Below are positions 18,601 to 27,308 of a DNA stretch of 64,000 bases, one piece after another. The stretch is taken from the IMG/VR virus record IMGVR_UViG_3300032092_001856. One strand, written 5' to 3'. The stretch comes from an uncultured virus (IMG/VR IMGVR_UViG_3300032092_001856). Its lineage: Duplodnaviria; Heunggongvirae; Uroviricota; Caudoviricetes. The position numbers and the translations under genes are program-made. A model generated the notes under the pieces. That model was not told the DNA's origin. It saw only the letters and a list, made by a program, of their open reading frames with translations, and searched no databases. The stretch's first letter is position 1. The number at the start of each line of letters is the position of its first letter.

Positions 18601-18695
18601 ACTTCCTAGATACATTAGTAATGTTGCTACGCTGGCGGCAAGAAGGGTGGGAAGTACATCCTTGCATTGATACTGAATTCAGCGGCTGGTTCTAA
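18597..18695 (+). CDS. 32-aa peptide
   Basis: ATGA overlap, GAGGAG RBS; MNFLDTLVMLLRWRQEGWEVHPCIDTEFSGWF. Confidence 0.55.
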   Translation: MNFLDTLVMLLRWRQEGWEVHPCIDTEFSGWF

Positions 18696-18711
18696 GCTGA
18701 TAAATATTGGC

Positions 18712-19287
18712 ATGAAATTAGTGTACATACACGGTGCCAATGCCACCAGCGAGAGCTTTAACTATATCAAAAGTAAACTAGGCGACGGGCTAGACATCAA
18801 CTACGATAGCCGCAATGGGTTTGAAAATAACCTAAAAGACATGCAGTCAACACTGCAAGCCCATAAAGACCTAGTGTTTGTTGCACATAGCCTGGGCGGC
18901 ATCTATAGCCTGCATCTAGCTAACTCAATGCCCAACGCCGTTAAGGGTGCTGTAACATTGAGTACACCCTATGGTGGTGCTGAAGTAGCGGACTATGCTC
19001 AGTACTTTTTACCGTTTAGTAGACTAATGCGTGACATTGGTCCCAGTTCGTGGGTTATGAAGCAGGCTAGCCGTATTAAGATACAGCATCCTTGGACTAA
19101 CATTGTAACAGTCAAAGGACAAAGTCCGTTTATGCATGAGCCTAATGACGGTGTGGTAACCATTGCCAGTCAAAAGCATCATGAGGACATGGAACTAGTA
19201 GAAGTAGATTATAACCACTATGAGGTTGTGCTTAGTGACGTAGTGGTTAAACTTATTAAAGAACGAGTAAACAAGTTCAGAAAATAA
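18712..19287 (+). CDS. alpha/beta hydrolase (esterase/lipase)
   Basis: YIHG oxyanion motif, AHSLGG nucleophile, NDGVV and NH catalytic His. Confidence 0.88.
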   Translation: MKLVYIHGANATSESFNYIKSKLGDGLDINYDSRNGFENNLKDMQSTLQAHKDLVFVAHSLGGIYSLHLANSMPNAVKGAVTLSTPYGGAEVADYAQYFLPFSRLMRDIGPSSWVMKQASRIKIQHPWTNIVTVKGQSPFMHEPNDGVVTIASQKHHEDMELVEVDYNHYEVVLSDVVVKLIKERVNKFRK

Positions 19288-19288
19288 G

Positions 19289-19317
19289 TTGCTTTTTTAT
19301 CACAAAGCATATATAAT
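19289..19317 (+). promoter_or_regulatory. sigma70-type promoter
   Basis: TTGCTT-N17-TATAAT. Confidence 0.7.
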
Positions 19318-19374
19318 AGTACATAGAGAAAAAGAAGTATCTATGTTAACAGACATTACACACAGGAGATTATT

Positions 19375-19647
19375 ATGTCAGAAATTTTTACAGCACCAAA
19401 GCTACCAGAAGTTAAATTCAACAAAAACGGCTACGAAATCCGTACAGACATCTTGGGCATGGCTAAAAGCCTAGTACAAGAAGACTTTCATGCTAAATTT
19501 CAGGGCTGGGAATTGACTGCTACTCGTGACGAGAAGACTGGTCAAATCGTTAGCAAGGTTGAAATGCCAAGCTATCCAGGATTGGAAAAAGTATTAGAGA
19601 CAGCTGAAAAGATGTACGCATTTGTCAATGCTGGCGCAAAGAAGTAA
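19375..19647 (+). CDS. hypothetical phage protein, monocistronic
   Basis: AGGAG RBS with own promoter and terminator. Confidence 0.8.
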   Translation: MSEIFTAPKLPEVKFNKNGYEIRTDILGMAKSLVQEDFHAKFQGWELTATRDEKTGQIVSKVEMPSYPGLEKVLETAEKMYAFVNAGAKK

Positions 19648-19664
19648 TTTAAAATTACTCAAAC

Positions 19665-19689
19665 AAAAGGACTCTTCGGAGTCCTTTTT
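19665..19689. terminator. bidirectional intrinsic terminator with UUCG loop
   Basis: AAAAGGACTC-TTCG-GAGTCCTTTTT between convergent genes. Confidence 0.9.
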
Positions 19690-20337
19690 CTATATTGTTT
19701 TTTCAGTATACTCTGCTTTGTTCCAACCTATTAGAAACTTAGCTTTCCAATCATTTTGTTCAAAGCCTTTTAGATGCTGCCACTGGTCTCTGTGTTGCCA
19801 AACTTTATTAGCGGCGTCTTTCCAGTCTGTGTGACGCACTATGTGGTCAAAGTGTAACATACGTTTACTAAAATAATCGTAATCGTAATGATCGTACTCT
19901 ATGTGTATAACTTCAAATATCTCTCCGTTGTGTACAGCATCTAAGGCAAAATCAAACCCCCATTTTGGTCGAGTTTTAATCAGTAAGTCTGCCTGCGGTG
20001 TGTATGTTTTAAAGTGTTTGAGTTGTTCTAGTGCTTGTTGTTCATATCCGCATCTACACAAAAACATGCTGTGATCTAAAATCAAATTACAATCTTTTGC
20101 GGTTAATTCAAACCAAGGTTCTTGCCAGCAGCAGTGATTTAATAATGGATGATTGATAGGATGCCCCATGGTTGCGTAAAATTTACGCTCGGCTTGATTA
20201 AGTTCAAATCCATCCTTGTCATAATAGAAAAAATCCTGTTTATCTAAATCAGCTACAGGTTTAGAACAAACAGGACTAGACATTAAATGAATGTCATATC
20301 TAGTAAACATGTTATCTATGCATTCCAAAGTTACCAC
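19690..20337 (-). CDS. hypothetical phage protein (true start probably MFTRY, about 20310)
   Basis: long ORF in the operon. Confidence 0.7.
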   Translation of the reverse strand: MVTLECIDNMFTRYDIHLMSSPVCSKPVADLDKQDFFYYDKDGFELNQAERKFYATMGHPINHPLLNHCCWQEPWFELTAKDCNLILDHSMFLCRCGYEQQALEQLKHFKTYTPQADLLIKTRPKWGFDFALDAVHNGEIFEVIHIEYDHYDYDYFSKRMLHFDHIVRHTDWKDAANKVWQHRDQWQHLKGFEQNDWKAKFLIGWNKAEYTEKTI

Positions 20338-20710
20338 TCATACGGACCTGTTCGATATCATTCTTTTTAGCATAGTTATCTACACGCATGGCCAATTGAA
20401 AATCTAATATTGTTAATCCTTTAACATCAAACGTAGATGTTTTCACAGTAACTTCTGCTACATCCTGAGTTACTTCTGCAAAGTGATCCATTTTTTCGCA
20501 TAGTTGATTGACCCAACTAACAAACTCTAGAGCATGTCTATGATCCTTAGCTACATATTTGGCTTGTAGGTCTTTGTGATCTAACATTTCCCAGTCAGGT
20601 AGGTATTTAGATTTAAGGTCATCTAGGGAATCATTACCGGGTTTAAATTCTTCTACGTCATTAGATCTAAATTGACCTTCTACTATATTAATTAAGTCCC
20701 TAATGTTCAT
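20312..20710 (-). CDS. pterin-4a-carbinolamine dehydratase-like protein with degenerate active site
   Basis: W...ALEFV..V...EKMDH...V.V...T.D..GLT..D..LA pattern of the PCD fold. Confidence 0.7.
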   Translation of the reverse strand: MNIRDLINIVEGQFRSNDVEEFKPGNDSLDDLKSKYLPDWEMLDHKDLQAKYVAKDHRHALEFVSWVNQLCEKMDHFAEVTQDVAEVTVKTSTFDVKGLTILDFQLAMRVDNYAKKNDIEQVRMSGNFGMHR

Positions 20711-21132
20711 TGTGTTCTATCCTTATTGTCTATAGCGCCGCCTGTGACCCATGATGTACATGATCGATCGCCGGCACATTTAAAATGTAAAAAATTACAG
20801 TAGCCTAGATCTGCTCGGTGTATAGTGGCCATAGCATCAGCTGCTTTCTCATCGCCTTTGATACCATCTTCTATACAGGCCCACATCTTATCTGATACAT
20901 CAAAAGCTGCACAGTTTCCACACTTCATAGTTTTAGCAGTCTTTTCTGTAATGCTCCAACGACGGGCTGCGTCCTTCCAATATGATTCTGGCTCCTCAGG
21001 ATTAGCAGGACCGTAGTGATATTCTTCTATGGCCTTCTGACGATTCTTTAAGTTAACGTCAATGTCGTGTGTGGCGATTGGACAGCCCTTGTTGGCTGCT
21101 TCTACTATGCGGATATATTTTCTGTACATCAT
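20707..21132 (-). CDS. Cys-rich phage protein
   Basis: CGNCAAF...GYC...CAGDRSCTSW; possible metal-binding site. Confidence 0.7.
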   Translation of the reverse strand: MMYRKYIRIVEAANKGCPIATHDIDVNLKNRQKAIEEYHYGPANPEEPESYWKDAARRWSITEKTAKTMKCGNCAAFDVSDKMWACIEDGIKGDEKAADAMATIHRADLGYCNFLHFKCAGDRSCTSWVTGGAIDNKDRTQ

Positions 21133-22487
21133 CTCTGTTCAATCCAACTTAGACTGGCCACGGCTTTTTTGTTGGCAGCTTTGGCGGCTATGGCAATAGT
21201 TATAGTATCGCTGACTGTGCCCATACTGCCTCGTCCTAACTGTAGATCTGCCTGGTTACTTAGGTCAATTCTAACTGCGGCGCCTGATGTGACAAATCCT
21301 GAATCAAATTGCGAGCCATCGGTGACAGCGCCTGTTGAAGTGTAGTTGTACTGTGTAAATGCGTTGGCATCTGGCATATCTGTCCAAGTGCCGTTGAGTG
21401 TAGCGTTGCGTAGAACTTTATAATAGATGTCAGTGTTGTCCAGTGTATTGGCCACGAAGTTTGTGAGAATAATAACTGCTTCTAAGTTAGTGGGTTTCAT
21501 ACGAACGCTGACTACAGGATAGAATGTCAATGCTGTGTCTAATGTGATACCAGTCAATGGAGTTAGTATGTTTTCCGGAATACCCTGTTTAACTAGTCGT
21601 CCTTCTACTAGTACGCTGTTAGATCCTTGATATAAATGATGTGTGCCCGCGGCACCACCAAAGTTTTCAATCTCTAATCTAATGGGTAAAAACGGAGTTC
21701 TGCTCCACGGAAATAACAGTCTATTGCCAGTGTTGAATGTGTGTATGACACGGGGCAGGCCGTTCATAATGTAACTGAATGATATCTGTCCAGCGCCATA
21801 CCATTCATAATCCATGGATATCATCTGTTGTGCCAAAGGATTTGCGGTGAAGCCACTTGGACCAGCGCCGTCCAGTTTGTCCCCATTCCAGTTAGCACGA
21901 GTTATGCGTTCAGTGACTAAGGATCCAGATGCTGTACTGATTAGTACCACAGCATATTCTGGTTGGCCGTTAGCATCTAGTGTTCCACTATCTTCAAAAT
22001 AAAATCCATCGGACCCATCAAACAGGCCAAATCTACGTCGAACTCCTACTACTGGCATTTCTAATCTAACTGAGAAAGTCAGTGTGTTCATGCGGCCTGC
22101 TGTATACCTCATTACACTTCTAGTCTGTCTTACCACTTTAGAACCTAGGGTAGATGTTACCGTCATGTCAACAAGGCCTTGGTTTGTGAGAAATGTAGCC
22201 GATGCTCCGTTGTCAGTAGACTCATCCCATACATCAGTTTCTTTACCGTATTGGAATGTGTTGTAGAACAAAGTCTCTAGTGTTTGTACTTTTAGTCGAC
22301 CTTTGCTGTCGATACTGGAACTAACTCCGGAACCTTCTCCTGATCCTACTAGGTTAACATTGGCACGAAGCACAGGTTGCCCAATAGCATTGTACTCCAT
22401 GGTCTTATGCAGATCATTGAGATTAGGTTCTGAACTGTGCTCGTAGCTAGTAGAGTTTACTACACGGCCGTTAACATCTATTGTCAT
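21129..22487 (-). CDS. putative virion structural protein
   Basis: 452-aa beta-rich ORF in a late operon. Confidence 0.6.
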   Translation of the reverse strand: MTIDVNGRVVNSTSYEHSSEPNLNDLHKTMEYNAIGQPVLRANVNLVGSGEGSGVSSSIDSKGRLKVQTLETLFYNTFQYGKETDVWDESTDNGASATFLTNQGLVDMTVTSTLGSKVVRQTRSVMRYTAGRMNTLTFSVRLEMPVVGVRRRFGLFDGSDGFYFEDSGTLDANGQPEYAVVLISTASGSLVTERITRANWNGDKLDGAGPSGFTANPLAQQMISMDYEWYGAGQISFSYIMNGLPRVIHTFNTGNRLLFPWSRTPFLPIRLEIENFGGAAGTHHLYQGSNSVLVEGRLVKQGIPENILTPLTGITLDTALTFYPVVSVRMKPTNLEAVIILTNFVANTLDNTDIYYKVLRNATLNGTWTDMPDANAFTQYNYTSTGAVTDGSQFDSGFVTSGAAVRIDLSNQADLQLGRGSMGTVSDTITIAIAAKAANKKAVASLSWIEQR

Positions 22488-22490
22488 TGA

Positions 22491-23249
22491 TTAGAATCCG
22501 TTAGTTGCTGAGTTATGGAATATTCTACCTGTCCATGTGGATGTTTTGGCAATGGTAGGTGTGGAAAAACTCACTACCATTGTGCCTGGCCCAGTGTTAT
22601 TACCAAACATGATCCTAATAGGGTAATAGATATTTTGTACTAGGCTAATAGTACCGCTTTGTTCAGTGGTACCATGTAGGCCTCCGTTTTGCACCACAGC
22701 GTTGGTATGAGTATATCCTTCAATGGCATTGGGACCTATCCACATGTAACTGGCATCGTCTGTGTTAGTGAAAAAGGTGTATGTTTCTGTTGTTGGAGCA
22801 AGGAAATAACCTATCAACAGAATAGAATTGTATTGAGGTTGCGAAGTGATATTTAATGTGACCAAAGTGCCTTGTGTTTCAGTCACAGGTGCAACCACAG
22901 GGTTGTCGAAGAACTCTAGATCATCATTTGTTGGCGTGAAGTCGAGGCCAAAATACCCATTGGCATTAGTAGTTCCTACTCTGTTGTAGAAATAAATGTC
23001 CGGATCGAATGTGATGCCGGCAATGTTGATCCAGGGGCGTCCTTGAACTAACCCGCCAACGTTAGGATTGTCAACTACAGTATTACCACTATATTTTGTA
23101 GGCAGAGCATCTATGTTGTATGTATTATTCACACGATAATAAGGCTGAGTTATGTTGCCGCCTGCCTGTCTTCTAGTCTGTGCTAAATCTAATTTGGCTG
23201 CTTGTCTTTCTTCTCTAGTTGCTAATTGTGCGATTCCGTTTGCTGACAT
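22491..23249 (-). CDS. PA14/GLEYA-domain carbohydrate-binding protein
   Basis: GYFLAPTTETYTF...DDASYMWIG...YYPIRIMFG. Confidence 0.8.
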   Translation of the reverse strand: MSANGIAQLATREERQAAKLDLAQTRRQAGGNITQPYYRVNNTYNIDALPTKYSGNTVVDNPNVGGLVQGRPWINIAGITFDPDIYFYNRVGTTNANGYFGLDFTPTNDDLEFFDNPVVAPVTETQGTLVTLNITSQPQYNSILLIGYFLAPTTETYTFFTNTDDASYMWIGPNAIEGYTHTNAVVQNGGLHGTTEQSGTISLVQNIYYPIRIMFGNNTGPGTMVVSFSTPTIAKTSTWTGRIFHNSATNGF

Positions 23250-23250
23250 A

Positions 23251-23553
23251 TTAAACCTCTTGTTGATTTGGATACATGCTTGGATCTTTTACACGTAGGT
23301 CATGTGGGTGTTTAGGGCCGTTTGCGCCACCGCCAGCATCTACTGTGACTGCTGTAATATCTGCTATTTTTTCATTAGGACTATTGCTTAATGGGCTCAT
23401 TTCACCAGGCTGTGTAACAATGCCTGCAATCTGCTTGAAACGTGCTAGATCGTCATCGCAATAGCCCTGAGGTGTATCGTCAGGTTGATCTGTGGCCTGT
23501 CCCGCTTGATCTATAAGGTCCAGGACTGTTCTAATAATCTCGTGTGCTCGCAT
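23251..23553 (-). CDS. small acidic protein (MRAHEII N-terminus)
   Basis: ORF with upstream TAAATA. Confidence 0.65.
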   Translation of the reverse strand: MRAHEIIRTVLDLIDQAGQATDQPDDTPQGYCDDDLARFKQIAGIVTQPGEMSPLSNSPNEKIADITAVTVDAGGGANGPKHPHDLRVKDPSMYPNQQEV

Positions 23554-23595
23554 AATATATCCAGTATTAGATATTTAGCCCGTTACTCGCTGCTA

Positions 23596-23848
23596 TTATA
23601 AGATCCTGTGTATAGGGAGATTACTTGGTCCCCAAATAATACGTACGGCGCCACCACCTGCACCGCCTTGGCCGGAGTTTGGCAGCATCCTTCCAGTATG
23701 CCTCCGGTTCATCAGGATTGACTGGGCCGTAGTGATAGCTGTCAATAGCCTTCTGACGATTCTTCAAGTTGACATCAATGTCGTGTGTGGCAATAGGACA
23801 ACCTTTGTTGGCAGCTTCTACTATGTTGATATATTTTCTATAAATCAT
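23596..23848 (-). pseudogene. chimeric relic: truncated paralog of 20707..21132 fused to the tail of a Gly-rich gene
   Basis: first 56 codons match the 141-aa gene; an alternate frame then reads NSGQGGAGGGAVRIIWGPSNLP. Confidence 0.75.
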
Positions 23849-23863
23849 ATTAATGTTTAATAT

Positions 23864-26800
23864 TTAGCGTTTGACAAAGTGATAATCACCATCTGGCCCG
23901 TTGTTGCTGAACAAGCCCTTGCAATCAAACCCTATACTATCCATATACTCAATTACTGTATCTTTTAAAGGTGCACCTTTGTTATATTCTACCGCTTGTA
24001 ATTCTAATATCACATGTTTTGTAGTTTTTAACACTTCGCTGGCACCCTGTAGTACATCTAATTCTGCGCCTTGCACATCCATTTTTATTAAATCTGGCAA
24101 GGGAAATTGTTTCAAATTGACTACCGCATTTAACGTGACTGTTTTCAATATTCGTTTGTGTTGGTCGTTGAAGTAGTTAAGTGCTTCAGGATTGACGACT
24201 TCATTTTCTCTGTAATAGCTATTGCCGCCGGGATGCCAATCGTTTTGATAAAAATCCACAGTATTGCCAGTTTCATTGCTCAATACACCTATATGATATT
24301 TTAAGCCCTGTTCTTTATACAAAAACTCACTAGAGTCCATAGCTTCAAATGCTACAGTTTCGGCATTGGGCCATATCCTTTGAGACTCATTGGTCCAGTG
24401 CAGCACACAGGCACCTATGTCATAGATAACCTGAGGCTCAAACCCCTGTGCTTTTAATGCAGTCAAGTAGTCAACATGATCCTTTGGAATCAATCGTTGA
24501 CTGCCCAACTCTCTAAGTCTTGTTTTGATATCTATTGTCTTAAATTCGGGTGTCGGTATTGCTGTGATGTTATTATCTACTTCAAAAGTAAAACTTCCCG
24601 TATGATTACACTGTATGGTAGTATCAGCATAAAGTTTAAATCCTTTGTTTAAAGCCTTGCGACAAAAATCTACATCTTCCGAAACTGTATGATTGTGATC
24701 CAAGGCACTGTAATATTTAAATTGAGGATATCCTATAGATTTCAGTACTTCGGATTTGACTAAAACACAACCAAATCCACATCCTGCAATTTCCACTAAT
24801 CCACGCCCTTTAATTTTGCCATAAGGAACATTAGACACACCGCCGTGAGCATTATGCTCGTATATTTCTAAAATGTGTTGTCCAGGCTTGCGTTGTATGT
24901 ATAAGCCTGACACCACAGGTTTGTCATGCGCTAAAAGTTTGATAAGTGTGTCAGGTGCAAAGCTGATGTCACTGTCCACACTAAACAGATAGTCGTATCC
25001 TTTAACAGCCCAGTCAGCAATCAAGTTACGCACTTGATCAATATTATAACCGTAGAAGTATTGAAATGTGGTTTGGTAGCCTTCGGGTACTGTTAGGTCG
25101 TAAATGCTCTTGAACGTCTCGGGCTCTATGTTCTTCGCTGTGGGTATGGCTATTAATATTCTTTTTTTTTCGGTTGACATCTTTACTATTTCTCGTGCGT
25201 TTTTATTTTGCTCTTGTGTATTGACTTTATAATCGTTCAAAGGATTGACATCATTGTAGTTGTAAACAACATCTTGCAGGCATTTTACCTTGGTAGGATC
25301 AGCTGCTTCAATCAGTGCGTAGAATACTGAACCATCTCCTCCTGCTTTGTACCATTTTCCTTCTGCATCTTTAAATTGTGCATCATCACAACTGTTTAAC
25401 AAATGCTTTTTAAATGTTCTTAAATGTGTATAGGGCAAGATCCAATTGAAGTGATGCTGTCTATAAGTTTTGTTCTGTTTGATCGACTCAGGATACGGTT
25501 GACTAATCAATGGAATATTGTCCGCCATGCTCCAACAGCTTCCGTAGGTAAATTCTGTTGTGCTATCATAGATAGTATTGTAATAGCTGAACACAGTATT
25601 GTCGTTGATCAAACTGTCATCGCCATCTAGCAACATCACAATGGCAGCATCGTCTAATGGCTTAATGTTTTCTATTTGATTACGCACCGCACCTTTATTT
25701 TCTTTGTTGTTGATCAGTAGAAATTTGCCTTTAAGTTCTTCCGGTAAATTACTTAATACTATTTTGACCACATCGGCAGAATCGTCGGTGCTGGCATCGT
25801 TGATCAGGTAATGTAGATAGTTGTCGTAATCTTGTGCAGCTACACTGGCTATACATTTTTCAATATACTTGCTGCAATTGTAAAAAGGACTGATCACCAC
25901 AATCTGCTGTTCTTTGCCTACTTTGTAGTTTTCCAACTCAACTGTGTTGTGAAACTTGCGATTGTATATCTTATGCAATCTATGATTGATTTTGCTTGCA
26001 GCACGATAGTCTTGTTTGTTAAGATAGTGACCTGCCTTTTTATAAAAGTGCTGTTTCCATTGTAGTGCTACACTATTCCAGCCTGCAATGTCTTTAACGA
26101 TGTTGCAGTAGTATTGTTTCTGTTGATGTAGATAGGTGTTGTGATATGCTTCCACTGTAGTTTTGACAAACTGTTCAACTTGTTGCGGAACATTTATATC
26201 TGCGAATAGGCTGTTGGGTTCTATAGCATAGTCGATTAGATAGCAAGCGCCTTCTACTGCAATTTCTTCAAGTGCGCCAAATCGGCAAGTTATGATAGGA
26301 GTATTGTAACACAGACTCTCCATAGAGGAGATGCCATATGTTTCAGGAAACGCTGCTGGATACAGCATAAAGTTTGCTTTGGTCAATATATCAGCAATCT
26401 CTCGTTGACTGATAACACCCGTAAACTCTATGTCCAGTTTGGCTAATTCAGGATCGTTGGCCATAACTCGCCAATCTTTTTCCTGTTGATCCGGCTCTGT
26501 ATTGGTGCTGAATCTGTAATAGCCGCCTATGACTTTTAGCCTGGCTTGGGGAATGTGCCGCTTGACATGAGGCCATATCAGTTTAACTAACGGTATCATG
26601 CCTTTGGTAACACTTGCATTGTACACAAACAAGTTTTTGTCTTTGGCAGCAATGTCTACTTCGTTGTGATAAAGTCTAACACCATTGCGTGTTATAAACA
26701 GCTTTTTCTTCAACACTTCAAAGTTACGTCTGCGTCCGTGATTACAGTTGGCAATATAAGTTGTGTGCCAATCACTGAGTGTAAAAATGTCGGTAATGCG

Positions 26801-27247
26801 ATTGTTTACCGTCAGCTCTTCGATCATGTTGTCGCCAAGACAAAATGTATCGTGCATCCATAGGATTCTCATTTGAGCTTTGCTGACAATTCTATCATAG
26901 AGATTCATTGTAACAAAACGGTTGCTTCTGCCGTCGGACAACTTGACATAGTCTTTTGGATCAGTAAAGGGAATCACAGTTCTTGAACTGATCACTATGT
27001 CAAATTCATAGTCTTGTGCAAGTGCAGCTAATGGACGGTATGTCACTGTGTCATAAATGCCTGGTTCAGCATGATCCATGTCACAGTTGTTAAAAACTGT
27101 AACTTCAAATCCAATTTGCGATAGCTCTTTGGCCATTAAGGTAACAGCACTTTCGCTGCCGCCTAGACCTTGTTTATCTACAGTGGTACCATCATAGGGT
27201 ATACCGATAATATCAATAATAGCAATCTTCATGCTATTAATTATCAT
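23864..27247 (-). CDS. multidomain glycosyltransferase (GT-B + GT2 + GT2-like) fused to an FkbM-type methyltransferase
   Basis: GGSE...ETYGISSMES (GT-B); SPFYN..DASTD..LDGDD (GT2); VDSD...SED (GT-A); YDIGA...KMDVQGAE (FkbM). Confidence 0.88.
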   Translation of the reverse strand: MIINSMKIAIIDIIGIPYDGTTVDKQGLGGSESAVTLMAKELSQIGFEVTVFNNCDMDHAEPGIYDTVTYRPLAALAQDYEFDIVISSRTVIPFTDPKDYVKLSDGRSNRFVTMNLYDRIVSKAQMRILWMHDTFCLGDNMIEELTVNNRITDIFTLSDWHTTYIANCNHGRRRNFEVLKKKLFITRNGVRLYHNEVDIAAKDKNLFVYNASVTKGMIPLVKLIWPHVKRHIPQARLKVIGGYYRFSTNTEPDQQEKDWRVMANDPELAKLDIEFTGVISQREIADILTKANFMLYPAAFPETYGISSMESLCYNTPIITCRFGALEEIAVEGACYLIDYAIEPNSLFADINVPQQVEQFVKTTVEAYHNTYLHQQKQYYCNIVKDIAGWNSVALQWKQHFYKKAGHYLNKQDYRAASKINHRLHKIYNRKFHNTVELENYKVGKEQQIVVISPFYNCSKYIEKCIASVAAQDYDNYLHYLINDASTDDSADVVKIVLSNLPEELKGKFLLINNKENKGAVRNQIENIKPLDDAAIVMLLDGDDSLINDNTVFSYYNTIYDSTTEFTYGSCWSMADNIPLISQPYPESIKQNKTYRQHHFNWILPYTHLRTFKKHLLNSCDDAQFKDAEGKWYKAGGDGSVFYALIEAADPTKVKCLQDVVYNYNDVNPLNDYKVNTQEQNKNAREIVKMSTEKKRILIAIPTAKNIEPETFKSIYDLTVPEGYQTTFQYFYGYNIDQVRNLIADWAVKGYDYLFSVDSDISFAPDTLIKLLAHDKPVVSGLYIQRKPGQHILEIYEHNAHGGVSNVPYGKIKGRGLVEIAGCGFGCVLVKSEVLKSIGYPQFKYYSALDHNHTVSEDVDFCRKALNKGFKLYADTTIQCNHTGSFTFEVDNNITAIPTPEFKTIDIKTRLRELGSQRLIPKDHVDYLTALKAQGFEPQVIYDIGACVLHWTNESQRIWPNAETVAFEAMDSSEFLYKEQGLKYHIGVLSNETGNTVDFYQNDWHPGGNSYYRENEVVNPEALNYFNDQHKRILKTVTLNAVVNLKQFPLPDLIKMDVQGAELDVLQGASEVLKTTKHVILELQAVEYNKGAPLKDTVIEYMDSIGFDCKGLFSNNGPDGDYHFVKR

Positions 27248-27308
27248 TTTAAATTTTTGTTATTACTATTATTGAGCCAGCTGTTATCATAGTTCATCAC
27301 ACTTAATA

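Noticed and set aside
20960..23848. DGR template/variable repeat pair (duplicate of the Cys-rich gene start; Mtd-like genes nearby)
   Set aside because: Differences are mostly synonymous third-position changes of all base types, not adenine-specific; no reverse transcriptase in the window
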